A DNA stretch of 64,000 nucleotides from contig CAWABA010000006.1 of assembly GCA_963780185.1 (NCBI GenBank), positions 384,001 to 448,000 on the forward strand. Reading direction: 5' to 3'. The notes below the pieces were generated by a model that was given only the letters and a program-made list of their open reading frames with translations, made no database searches and was not told the DNA's origin. Below, piece by piece: positions 9,954 through 20,870 of the stretch. A program made the position numbers and the translations under genes. Within the stretch, counting starts at the first letter, position 1. Each line of letters opens with the position of its first letter. The DNA is from Candidatus Bathyarchaeota archaeon (GTDB lineage: Archaea > Thermoproteota > Bathyarchaeia > Bathyarchaeales > Bathycorpusculaceae).

Positions 9954-10866
9954 TTAGTGAGTTTTGTGGCACGTTTTCTTGTAAAACGCTAAGGCTGCAA
10001 AGCAGGCTAAGGTAGCTGCGACGGTGCCTAGCGAGTATTCAGGAGCGACGAGGTATTGGCCGACAAAATTTTGCTTGTCAGTGGGCGCAGTTAGGTTGCT
10101 GGGCGCAGTTATTGAAACATTATCAATTATGTGCCAATCACTGTCATCTCCAGTGGCTCCACTGAAACCGAATCCATCATAGGTTTCGTTTAACTGACCA
10201 TAGTATTGAAGGACCAATCCGCCGTCGACAAATACCCTGACATAAAGCTGTTGGACGTCTACTGAAACATTGTGCCAATGGTTATCGTTAACCCTGCCGT
10301 CATTAGCGTATAACAGGTGATTGCCTGCATAGTCCTCAATTAAGGCAATATGGTTCATTGGATGGGTCGCCTGTTGCATCTGGGTGACCCCCTGCCATAT
10401 GTTGAAAGTCCGAAGCTATGTTTTGATGACTGTCGAATTCAATTCCGTACCCTGACACAATTTTACCTGGTGAGCTAAAACCAAGGCTCCCGCCGTTATC
10501 TATGGATGTATATTGCTCTTTGTAAAAGAACATAGTAATTCCGTCAGCGCTACGAGATCCTCCGCCTATTAGGTAGCTGAAGTTAGCAGTAAAGGAACCT
10601 TCGATTGGCTGTTTGAAGAATATAGCCCCGCCTTGTCCGAAACTAGTATTAGTCAATATGACAACGTAACCGTTCGTTTGGTCTCTATATGCACTGCCCA
10701 GATACTGCCAATCGCCTGTGTTGGTGCTGAAGTCATCAGAGAACGATGTAGTTTGAGCGTCCACCCGTCTAAATACAGGTTCAAAATAGGGTAGGCAAAG
10801 CACTAACAAGAAAAACATTATGAATACAATTAACGGTTTTCTCACTATTTTCCCCTCTTCTCTCAC
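9954..10866 (-). CDS. Secreted L-type lectin/ConA-like domain protein with PEF-CTERM-like C-terminal anchor (indel near 10340)
   Basis: Signal peptide; LTNTSFGQGGAIFF, SADGITMFF, GIEFDS, DNHWHNV, GFSGATG..HII; ends APEYSLG + hydrophobic helix + KK. Confidence 0.75.
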
Positions 10867-11404
10867 ATCGATTTGGCACTCACCATGTATTTATAATTTG
10901 TCTATTATCCCAAATGCTCATGGAGGTGATGCGCGAACGTCTTTTAAGGCTGAGAGATTTCGACATTTCTCGTTTTCTTTTCCAGGAGAAGATGAGTTCG
11001 TTTTTGAGTGCAGTGAAATTCAAAATAGTTCTCAAACTGCTCTTTAGATTTCCAAGGGTATCATTGTGTAATGCATGCGTTTGCCTGTTTGATGTGCTGG
11101 CTTGCTTGTGATTGCTGCGGCACTACAACAAATATTTTTATGCTCGCTTCCGTCAATCGCTTGATAGGTTAACTAGCGTTTCCCCGCTGGTTGGCGGTTG
11201 GAGTTTGTGAGTGTAGGAGTATAACGCGGCTTTTTGGGGAAACCAATGTGACCTGTCCAAGTGGGCGTTTTAGGCGCAGACTTGTGAAGCATCGGATGCA
11301 GATTCAGCATTATAGATAATGCATCTCTGTGTTTTCAGTTTCCGAAAGCTAGTATCTAAGCGGCTTTAGGAATCAAGATGGGTCAGTGTGCTTAGCGAAT
11401 TTTT

Positions 11405-11782
11405 ATGGAAGAATGCAGAATGGAAAAGGTCCTTTTACTCGGATTGGGAAACAGTGGTTTGCCCGTTTTAGAGCATGTGTCTAAGGTTTTTTTGAAGACC
11501 TCTGGATTCAACAATAACCAAAAACGGATTGCTTTTGCATTAGGAGGTTGGCTTACAGCGCTGCCTAATCTTAATTGTCCAGAACTCTTTGCGGATATGG
11601 CCGATGCGAAGGTTGGAATAGGTGATGCGTACCCACCTAAATGCGTAAAATCCCTTGAATTTTGCCAATCTATTGTCCCGTCTAAGAGAATCATCGCTTC
11701 ACAGATGCACACTGGACGAATCGTAGACTCATTGTTTCGAACCCGAAATAACGCAAACCAAACTCCGGTGAGGTGCAGGTAA
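11405..11782 (+). pseudogene. Possible relic of a nucleotide-sugar dehydrogenase (Rossmann N-terminus only)
   Basis: MEKVLLLGLGNSGLPVLEHVSKVF is a beta-GxGxxG-alpha motif; the rest is unrecognisable. Confidence 0.3.
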
Positions 11783-13071
11783 TGCTGTCGATAAACCCGA
11801 AATCCAAGATTGTGCTAACTACAACGGTCACCATTGCGTCTCTGCTGATTATTTTGCTGGTGAGAGTTAACGGTTTTGTAGCTTCGCTGTTTCAGGTCTA
11901 TAGTGTATTGATGGTTTCGTTCTTAATCATTACAAGCGTTTTAACGGTGAGCTATAAGCCCATACCTGACAGGGGCTACAGACCTTCAGTATCTATAATT
12001 GTCCCCGCAAAGAATGAGGAAAAAGGAATAGTTGAAACCATAGATGCCCTGCTTCAAATTGATTACCCCCAGGATAAACTGGAAATCATCGTAGTTAACG
12101 ACGGAAGCACAGATAAAACGGCGGACGCCGTGCGAACATTGAATTCGCCAAGAGTTAAACTGCTGGATTTTAAGGAGAACCGTGGTAAACGGGCGGCTTT
12201 TGCTTCAGGCTTCTACGAGTCAAAGAATGACGTTGTGGTTTGCGTGGACAGTGACACTTTGCTTGATTCGCAAGCCATTACGCTGTTAATGCAGCCGTTC
12301 CAAGACAAAGAAGTCGTAAGCGTATGTGGTCATGGCAAAGCATCAAACATAAACAAGAACTTGCTCACCAAACTGCAGCATTTCTGGTACCAAGACATGT
12401 TCCGAGTAATCAAAGGCATGGAGTCACAGCTTGGCGCAGTCACTTGCTGCTCTGGAATTTTGGCGGGGTACCGCAGAGAAGCCATCGAACCCCTCATGAG
12501 CCGATGGTTAAGCGAAAAATTCATGGGCCGACCGATCCACATTGGCGACGACCGTCAACTCACGAATCTGGTGCTTTGGAAAGGTTTAGGGAATGAAAAA
12601 GACGCCACCAGAAACGCCAAAGTTGTTTACCAATCAAACGCTATAGCCTACACGCTTGTACCCGAGACGTACAAGCATTTCTTTAAGCAGCAACTGATGT
12701 GGAGCCGATCATGGGTTCACGGCACCATCCTGGCGAGCCGATTCATGTGGAAGAAGAAAATGCCGATCCCGCTGACGTTTTTCATCTACCAGTTTCTAAC
12801 CGTTATCTGCCCAGTAGTAATCATAAGTGCACTCATAATAACGCCTCTAACTGGGAACTTGCTGTCAGCGGTCTGGTTCCTGCTGGGAACAATTTACATA
12901 GGTTTCCTCAACGGCATCAACCTTTGGGCGTTCGGGTACAACCTTAAAGCTGTGTTTTATCGGTCGCTGTTTGTGTTTCTTTCGTTTTTCCTCAGCATAA
13001 CCATTCTGCTGTATGCTTGGGCTACGCCTTGGAAAGGCGGTTGGGTAACGCGAGGTGACAAGAAGAAATGA
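11782..13071 (+). CDS. Processive GT2 glycosyltransferase, hyaluronan synthase/NodC-like
   Basis: VVNDGSTD, NRGKRAA, CVDSDT, VTCCSG, IGDDRQLTN, QQLMWSRS, flanking TM helices. Confidence 0.85.
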   Translation: MLSINPKSKIVLTTTVTIASLLIILLVRVNGFVASLFQVYSVLMVSFLIITSVLTVSYKPIPDRGYRPSVSIIVPAKNEEKGIVETIDALLQIDYPQDKLEIIVVNDGSTDKTADAVRTLNSPRVKLLDFKENRGKRAAFASGFYESKNDVVVCVDSDTLLDSQAITLLMQPFQDKEVVSVCGHGKASNINKNLLTKLQHFWYQDMFRVIKGMESQLGAVTCCSGILAGYRREAIEPLMSRWLSEKFMGRPIHIGDDRQLTNLVLWKGLGNEKDATRNAKVVYQSNAIAYTLVPETYKHFFKQQLMWSRSWVHGTILASRFMWKKKMPIPLTFFIYQFLTVICPVVIISALIITPLTGNLLSAVWFLLGTIYIGFLNGINLWAFGYNLKAVFYRSLFVFLSFFLSITILLYAWATPWKGGWVTRGDKKK

Positions 13072-13907
13072 GCAAACTAGTAGTGAGCAACAAAATAGCT
13101 GCTTTCGTCATAATCATGCTTTTTGCGCCAATTGGTGTAGCTTACGGGTTACGCAATTTTGGCCAAGCGACAACGCCTGCACGAGCTAACGACAACATAA
13201 ACTACGTTTACCAATTAAACACTCCGCAAGGAGGGCAAAAGGTGGTCTGTATCGTTTTCGATGATGGCTGGCAGAGCCAATACGACAATGCGCTTCCCAT
13301 CTTGAACAATTTCGGGTACAAGGCAAGCTTTGCAATAATAACCAGTTACGTGGGAACGGCATGGGGCAACAGTGAAGGCTTGTCATACATGAGCTGGAAT
13401 GAAATAGTGAAGTTAGCAGATGAAGGCAACGATATAGAAAGCCACACATATAGTCATCCGAACTTGGCGACGCTCCCCATCAGCTCAATCGAGTATCAAC
13501 TTAAACAGAGCCAACTAAACTTGAAAGCGCATGGAATCAACGCGTCTATCTTGGTTTACCCCGATGGAGGCGGAGCAGGAAACGCTACCGTTGAAGCTCT
13601 TGCACAGCAATACTACGTTGCGGCACGAGGCATCAGTCCCAGAGCCCTGAATATGTCTCAGCCATTCGACAGATACAATTTGCCAGCTTACACAATGGAA
13701 AAAACCACTTCTCTCAGCAACTTTGAAGACATCGTCAACACCGCAGGCAATTCAACCGTAGTTATCCTATTCTATCACAAAATCGATAACGAAAACTTTG
13801 ACACCGCCATAACTCCAGAAGCCTTTACCGCGCAGATGCAATATCTAAAAGACAGCAACTTTACCGTGGAAACAATGAAACAGCTTTTCATAACAACCAG
13901 CCCTTAA
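13068..13907 (+). CDS. Membrane-anchored polysaccharide deacetylase (CE4/NodB-like)
   Basis: N-terminal TM; FDDGW, ESHTYSHP, VYPDG, ILFYH; ATGA overlap with the GT2 stop. Confidence 0.9.
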   Translation: MSKLVVSNKIAAFVIIMLFAPIGVAYGLRNFGQATTPARANDNINYVYQLNTPQGGQKVVCIVFDDGWQSQYDNALPILNNFGYKASFAIITSYVGTAWGNSEGLSYMSWNEIVKLADEGNDIESHTYSHPNLATLPISSIEYQLKQSQLNLKAHGINASILVYPDGGGAGNATVEALAQQYYVAARGISPRALNMSQPFDRYNLPAYTMEKTTSLSNFEDIVNTAGNSTVVILFYHKIDNENFDTAITPEAFTAQMQYLKDSNFTVETMKQLFITTSP

Positions 13908-14263
13908 AACCCCATTTTTCTTCCCAAAGATAATTTCTTTTTCTTTTTTATTCTCCTCGACAGTCTTGTACTCATTCTTTTGGTTGCAGTCGCCGTTATA
14001 GTGCCGATTGCAGCGGTTAAAAAAAATAATTCTTCGCCTGAAAGGCAACAGGGCAATGTGGAATCCACGTGAAACAAGCGGTTTTGGGTAGTCATGGGGG
14101 TTTACCTTTTTTTAAGCTTGATCGCTTGAATGAGTGCATATGTTCTTTTGATAGTTTGTTTAGAGTTTATGGGAAATCCTTAAGAAAGGCGCCGCAAACG
14201 GCAACTGTTATGATTACCCGAGAAATGTAGGTTCGCAAAGTTTGGTCGTTAAGGCTGGATTGA

Positions 14264-17200
14264 ATGGCAAGGTCATTTTTTGATTTATTGAATCATTTTA
14301 TTCGTAGACGTTACAAGTGGGTTATAGCCGTTTGGGTAGTTGCAGTTGTGCTTTCGCTTTTCCTTATCCCAAGCTTCTTCTCATCCGTCTCCTACGACTT
14401 GACCGGCGGCTTTGGGGCTCCATCCAACACTATGTCAGCTAAAGCAGCCAACATAGTTCGAACAGAGTTTCCTGCTGGGAACGGCAGCGACGCCAGCATT
14501 CTTATTGTTATTGAGAACGCTTCGGTGTATTCGGATGCTCTGCGGCAGGTTGTTCTGGCGCTTAACCAAAGCTTGTTTGAGGATTCAAGCGTCGGCAACT
14601 ACACGGGTGAACAAAGCCTTTACTCAACTGAAGCAAGCGTTCTCAACGGCTCTTTGCCCGCCATAATTAATGAAACAGCCGCCCTTCAATCAAGCATAAT
14701 CGTGATTAACCAAGGCTTATTTGCTTTAACGGGTAACCTGTCATCGCTTAGCCAAAACCTGTTCCAGATGCAGGACGGCATTAACCAAACAGCCCAGCTA
14801 GTCTGGGGGATTCCAGCAGCATACGTTAACGTTTGGCAAGGCGTATCAACGCAGCTCACGGGGGTTGGAGACACAAATCCCTATGACGCAAACTCGGCAG
14901 CTAATACAAACACATTGAGCGTAACCTCCAATTTTGGAGGCGACGCCGAGTCCATCGGCTACTACACTGCTTTCTTCAATGCTTGGAACGCTAGCTACTT
15001 GGCACTTCCAGCCAGCACTTCAGTGCCCAACAGGGAAGCCTTCGCCGTCGGCCAAGCAGTCACAGGGTTTCTGGCTAACATACATGATGCTCAAACAAGC
15101 CAAATGATTGGGCTTGTCGCTTCAGGCTTAAACGCCGCAACCTGGACCCAGAACACGGCAATTGAGAATTTAACAATTACCAGCATGATTTCAAGTATTC
15201 CGTCAAGCCTCGCATCTTCACTGGGCGCCTCACCCGCAAGCGTCGTGAATGAACTATACAGTTTCGGGCAATCGCCTTCAAACGTGACCATTGGAAACTA
15301 CGCCATTTCTCTTTTAGAGACAAGCTACAGCAACCTGACTGCGGCAGACTCAGGCTTTTCTGTTTCTGACCTTATGCACTCAGCCTACGACCTCGGTTCA
15401 TCGCCTACCAACAGCGCAAACATGGCAGACTAGCCTGCGAATTAACATCAAACGCCACCCAAAGCGCCTTCGCCCAGTCTCCGCTCTTCTCCGTGAACAG
15501 CGCCTCGCTCAATAGTCTTCTCGCATCGCTTTCGCCAAATGCAACAGCCAGTGACATAAACCGAGCCATCGACAACGAAATTGCTACTCAACCATACACA
15601 AACTACCCGTTTGCGCTAACCTCTGCGTTAACAGGCAACTTCGTTAACTCGCAAAACAACACCATGATGATTGTCCTCAGTTTCTCCTCCAAACCAGACG
15701 ACAACACAATCGCGAACGTGCGAACCGCCGTGCAAAATTCGGGCCTGCAAAACTACGGAACCGTCTACGTGACTGGCGGTTCAGTTTTGGCTTCAGACGT
15801 CGCAAAAGCCTTCTTGCCCGCCTTAGAAATCACTGTTGGACCCGGGCATAGCCATTTCACTATTGATTGTCGGCTTGCTCTTTTTGGCGCCGCTGGCGGC
15901 TTTCATTCCAGTTCTACTGGGCGGCGTTTCGATTTCCGTCGCGCTCGCCTCAATTTACGAAGGATTCGTGAAGATTGGTCATGGAAGCCTCACTTTCCTC
16001 ACTCCAACTTGACCATCCTGCTGATGCTGGGTTTAGCTGTGGACTACTCGGTTCTGCAGCTTAGACGCACAAGGGAAGAGCGGCTCAAAGGCAAATCAAT
16101 CGAAGAAAGCGTAGGCATCTCGATTAAATGGGCGGGTCAAGCCGTATTAACGGCGGGCATAACCGTTATTGTCGCCTACATCGTTATGGCAGTCGCCAAC
16201 GTTCCTATCTTCAGCGATGTTGGAACTGCAATAGCGCTCGGTGTCGCAATTTTGCTCACGGCATCTTTGACGTTGCTGCCTGCTCTTGAAATTGCGTTAG
16301 GTGACAGGATTTTCTGGCCAGGACTGAATGGGAAAAGCAAAGCAAACTCTGACCCGAACAAAAACGGCTGCGACGTTTAGCCCATGATATCCTCAAGCGA
16401 AAAGTCCCTATCGTAGTAATCATCAGCATAATAGCGTTGAGCGCCTTCATAGTCATGTATAACACTCCGACAAGCGAGGAATTCCTGAAGCTGATTCCGA
16501 ACTTCCAAAGCAACCAGGGACTCACAGCTTTAGCGAACGAGTTTGGAAGCGGAACCTTAACGCCGACAACCATCATTATAACAGACTCCCACTCCGATAA
16601 CGTATGGGGATAACCAGTTTAACCAGACTCTGCTTAACCAGATTGAAGAAGTCACGTCTGCCGCCGCAGGCTTCCAGCAGGCGTCTCATCTGCTTCAAGC
16701 ATAACTAGACCATACGGGCACGCACTTCAGCTATGCTCACAGTTGAAAACATGTCTCTGCCAATCCAGCAGCAGTATGAAAGCCAGATGTTTTCAACCAT
16801 CGGCAAAGACAACAAAACCGCAGTTGTCACCGTAAGCTTTGACAGATTCAGGTTGGAGCCCCGCCGCCATCAAAGCGCTAACAGGGAATGGAAAAGAACA
16901 TCGGCCAACTGTCTCTTATGCAAGGAGTAAGCATTTACTATGGCGGAGAAACCAAGTCCACTTCTGACAGCCAAGCATTCATGGGAAACCTGATTCCTGA
17001 AGTCGTCGCAATTCTTGCAGCGGCAGTCTACGTGATTCTGTTCTTCCAGTTGAAATCAGCATTCACACCTGTACGTTTGATCGTCACGATTCTCTGCAGC
17101 GTCGTATGCTCATTAGCAATCATTTCCTTCATTTTCTACTATGCCCTGAACCTTCCCATCCTTGACTTCGCGCCGCTTTTCGTGGTAGTAACCATGCTGG

Positions 17201-17544
17201 GCGTCGGAATCGACTACGACATATTCTTCATAACCCGAATCAGAGAAGAAGTCCTCAACGGAAAAACAGATAACGAAGCAATAGTAGAAGCAATCGACAA
17301 AGTCTGGGTTACCATCGTCGGCTTAGGTCTCGTGCTTGCAACAGTCTTCCTGTCACTGCTGGTAACAAACATCGCTGTTCTCGAAGAAATCGCGCTTGCA
17401 GTCGCCGCAGCCATCCTTATCGACGTAACCATCGTAATCCTCTTCTTCGTGCCGTCGCTGATGGGTTTAGCGCAGAAATGGAACTGGTGGCCCTACAGGT
17501 TCACCAGAAGCAAGAAGACCGAAAAACAAACGGGAAAAAGCTAA
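14264..17544 (+). CDS. MMPL/RND family transporter (several indels)
   Basis: YVTGG, LMLGLAVDYS..RRTREER, AVLTAGITV, MLGVGIDYDIFFITRIREE, WNWWP across ORF fragments. Confidence 0.85.
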
Positions 17545-17562
17545 GCAGGTTTTCTTGGTTGC

Positions 17563-18177
17563 CTACCCTTTAGAAGCGGGGCAGTCGCCTGCAATTTTTT
17601 CGCCTTTCGGCATAATTATTCCGTCGTTTGGGGCTCCGTAAGTTACGGCTTTTCCTTCCAGAAATAGTTTACCCACGTACGCGCAGGTTACAGCGTCAAG
17701 CTCATGGTCGCTTAACTGGTTTTTCAACCCTTTTATGCCTAAATTCTCCAATCCAGCTTTTAGTTTTTCGAGTCCTTTCTGTTTTCGCGGTATACCCAGA
17801 ACATCTTGGGCGCCGCCTGGATAAGCCTCAACTGCAACTAAGCTCTCAGCTTCCAATGTGTGTCTTAGGTTTATTCCGCGTTGAGTCAGTTTTCTCATAG
17901 GTCCCAGGGTAACTGGGAAAAATTTGATGTGCCTTTTCAAGAGTTCCCTGTCGCATTCTCTAAGGTGAACACCTGTTCTTTCTTCAAGCGTTTTCCTTCC
18001 AGGAGGCAGACTTAACGGCGCGTCAATTGCCACGAGGGCGGGCTGGATTTCTCTGATTTTTAGGAGGATTTCGGCGTCTGTGTACATCAGGGAGGTTTCA
18101 GCGTTCATCACTGTAAGCAAGCAGAAACCTGTTGGTCTGTGTTCGACGCCTGCCAAGTCTAAGCCTACAATCTTCAT
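17563..18177 (-). CDS. DUF429 family RNase H-fold predicted nuclease
   Basis: IVGLDLAG, VAIDAPLSLP, LRECDREL, EAYP, HELDAVTCA. Confidence 0.85.
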   Translation of the reverse strand: MKIVGLDLAGVEHRPTGFCLLTVMNAETSLMYTDAEILLKIREIQPALVAIDAPLSLPPGRKTLEERTGVHLRECDRELLKRHIKFFPVTLGPMRKLTQRGINLRHTLEAESLVAVEAYPGGAQDVLGIPRKQKGLEKLKAGLENLGIKGLKNQLSDHELDAVTCAYVGKLFLEGKAVTYGAPNDGIIMPKGEKIAGDCPASKG

Positions 18178-18431
18178 TACTTCTTCAAGCCTTAGCTTCA
18201 TCGGTTGAAACTTATAATTCTTTTACAATGCTTCAGTTTTCAGCGACCATTTTGTCTTTTTAGACTTTTTCGCGCCCCGCAATGTAACGAGTTAGCGCTG
18301 TTTTTTCCAGTAAAACGATTACATTCTCCATGTTTTTAACGTTAAAAGAAGCCTTTTTAGGCATTTTTTCGTGCATCAACCGCAAGTGTTTTATGCTGAT
18401 TCATATGATAACATTTCAGACAGGGATAATT

Positions 18432-18596
18432 ATGGCAAAATGTCCAACATGTGGAAAAGAAGTCAAAAACGCAACAAAGACTTGGAAGATGGCTGGCAAA
18501 CCCGACAAGAAAGGCAAACGCACGCAACTAACGATAGCTCTTTACAAATGCTGCGACAAAACCTTCCGAGAAGTCATAGATAAGAAAAAGATCTAA
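18432..18596 (+). CDS. Cren7-like small basic chromatin protein (Cys-containing, Zn-ribbon variant)
   Basis: MAKCPTCGKEV...KTWKMAGKPDKKGKR..IALYKC..KTFR resembles Cren7 (GKE..KVW.LAPKGRKGVKIGLFK..GKYFR). Confidence 0.65.
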   Translation: MAKCPTCGKEVKNATKTWKMAGKPDKKGKRTQLTIALYKCCDKTFREVIDKKKI

Positions 18597-18610
18597 ACGG
18601 CAGCTTCCAA

Positions 18611-18641
18611 CTTTCCTTTTTTTATCTTATTTTTCTTTTTT
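18611..18641 (+). terminator. Oligo-T archaeal terminator after the Cren7-like gene
   Basis: ctttcctttttttatcttatttttctttttt just downstream of the stop. Confidence 0.55.
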
Positions 18642-18751
18642 ACATCCTGTCATGTTGAGTCAAATTTTTGTGACTATGGCTGACATTTTCAGGCGGTGGC
18701 TTGTTTGAGGCTCTGATTTGTGGCTGATAAGTAGCAACAACAAATGTTTAA

Positions 18752-19120
18752 TTGCGGTTGCGCGTCAATATTTTTTTAGGAGAAGAAGGAGAAACGTCTT
18801 TTTATAAGAAACGGGACCACATTCAGATCATAGCAGACATCTTAAGTGTATGCAAAAGTCCCCAAACCCAAAGCGGCATCCGACGCCAAACATATGTTTC
18901 TTACGGCGTGCTTCAAAACTGCCTCAAACAGCTGCAGACGCGGCACTGGCTCGAACAAACAGAAGCAGACGGCGGACAAAAAAAATTGACGACCACTCAA
19001 AAAGGCATGATTTTCCTGCAAAAATATGTGGAAATACAGGAACTGATGGGACTCAAAGGCAAATACGGGCTAAAGATGGCTGCTTTCCCAACCCAAATGA
19101 TCTTGGCTCAATCAAAATAA
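18752..19120 (+). CDS. Winged-helix transcriptional regulator (archaeal HTH_45 type)
   Basis: KRDHIQIIADILSVC...TTTQKGMIFLQKY. Confidence 0.75.
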   Translation: MRLRVNIFLGEEGETSFYKKRDHIQIIADILSVCKSPQTQSGIRRQTYVSYGVLQNCLKQLQTRHWLEQTEADGGQKKLTTTQKGMIFLQKYVEIQELMGLKGKYGLKMAAFPTQMILAQSK

Positions 19121-19129
19121 AAACGATTT

Positions 19130-19808
19130 CTAAGGTTTGCTAGTTATTAGAGTGCAAATCGTCTGTTTCCCATTTAAGATTGCCTCGACCCGAGGCGGAT
19201 GGAGCCCGTTAACCACAAAGCATTCAACCTGCGACTGCAAAAGCAGCTTAGGCAGAAACCTGTCTACGCTCGTCCGCCCGCCCATTTCTGCAAGGTTGCG
19301 GGCAGACAATTTTTTAATCAATTTTGTTTCTGAAAACTTTTTTGGGTCACAATTGTAGATGCCGTCAACGTCAGTCACCAAAATGACTCTGGGCAGGTGC
19401 AAGTTTGCCTGCAATGTAAACGGTGACGGAGTCAGAAGTCACGTCCCACGAGTTCTCAAGCGCATCATCGGAAAATAAAGATGAGGCAGGCAAAAAAACA
19501 GGCAGCTTACCTGAATCCAAGGATTCCTGCACGGATTCAAGCGTGTCTGCAACTCGGGAGTTGGGCAGCAAGTTAGAGAGCAGCAAACCATACTGGTCCA
19601 TGCCTAAAAGTGCCATGCGATGTGCGGCTTGGGGCGACAAGCCGAAACGCGAATCCAAAGTTCGGACTGCATCAGCAAATTCCCCGCCGCCGGGCACAAC
19701 AATTAACCTGTGCGTCTGCGATAAACTCGCCAATTTTGCGCATAAGGCTCTTAGTTTTTCTGGCTGCAATGCAAGGCTGCCGCCGACTTTAACGATTACC
19801 GCGTCCAA
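19130..19808 (-). CDS. mfnE: [5-(aminomethyl)furan-3-yl]methyl phosphate kinase, amino-acid kinase family (indel near 19390)
   Basis: IVKVGGSL, VPGGGEFADAVR, AHRMALLGMDQYG, SWDVTSDS, TDVDGIY, TSVD; methanofuran operon context. Confidence 0.8.
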
Positions 19809-20869
19809 CTGACTGTTTCTCCTTCAAGCTTGTTGGCAGCCATCAAGGCGACGGCGAACGCGGGTGTAGCGATGGAAACATCGATTCGGCGTTAACGTTG
19901 CCAAATCAACAATGGATTCCACTCCGATTTCTTCAGCGGCTTTTCTTGCAATGAAAATCCTTCCCAAGCCCAGTGACCACAACGGGAACTTCGTTTGCCG
20001 CCTGCGCTTTCACGTAAGCGTAGACTTTGGCTAAGCCCTCAGCAACCTGCATAACTTGCTTATCGTAGATGTACTTTGCCATGGCGACGATTTCGTAAGC
20101 TGTCAGCATTTCTGTGTCGGCGCAGACTACTCTAGCAAGCCGCGCAAAGGCTTCAGGCATGGTTTTGCCTCGTCCATCCGCGGTTTCGCAGGTGTACTGC
20201 TTCTCGGTGATGTTGCCTAAAACAAGGTGGACGTCAGCGGACTGGGCGAACAACTCAGACGCGACGCCTGCCACGCCGCTTTTGATGGGGACCGACTGGA
20301 CAACTGCGGCGACATTTGTTCTTAGGCTTCCCGTGTAAACCAGCTCTCCGCACATGAGCTTGTCCAAATCCGTCTTGCCCTCAGCAGCCACTTTCCCAGC
20401 CAAGATCGGGAATTATGCTGGCGCTTGTGCTCCCCACATCAACCACCACGCAGTCCGCAACCCGCTGAGCAACCAACCAGCCTGTTGCAGCCCAATTAGC
20501 CGCGGCTACCCCAAGCGGCGCCAATTCTGCCTCGTCGGTCGACTCCAACTCTGCATCGCTGTTAAAACATGAATTGGCGTGTTAGGAAACGTTTTTTTTA
20601 CGGCGGCTAAAATTTGGTGTACTCCTTCGCGTTTGGTTTGGTATGCATCGGATAGCTCTGCGGTCATGGTTACGCCTACGCCGTCAAGTCTGCTCGGCGC
20701 CCAGTCGCTGCTTTAGCGTTAAAAGAACATTGGCGAGTTTTTCAGGTTCCTTCCAAACTGGGAAATACTCGACAGCCAGCTTGGCTTCTTTCAGCTTGCC
20801 TTTTTGCGTCTGTAGCAAAGCGGCTTTAGTGTTGACTCCGCCGATGTCAAACCCCAGCACATTTGCCAA
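19796..20869 (-). CDS. mfnF: MfnF-like hydantoinase A/H4MPT-linked C1 pathway protein (several indels)
   Basis: GFDIGGVNTKAA, VTMTAELSDAY, AAANW.ATGW, GELVYTGSLRTNV, ARLARVVCAD. Confidence 0.8.
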
Positions 20870-20870
20870 A

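Noticed and set aside
13845-14095. Two small minus-strand ORFs after the deacetylase
   Set aside because: They overlap the T-rich terminator; no family signal and ambiguous frame
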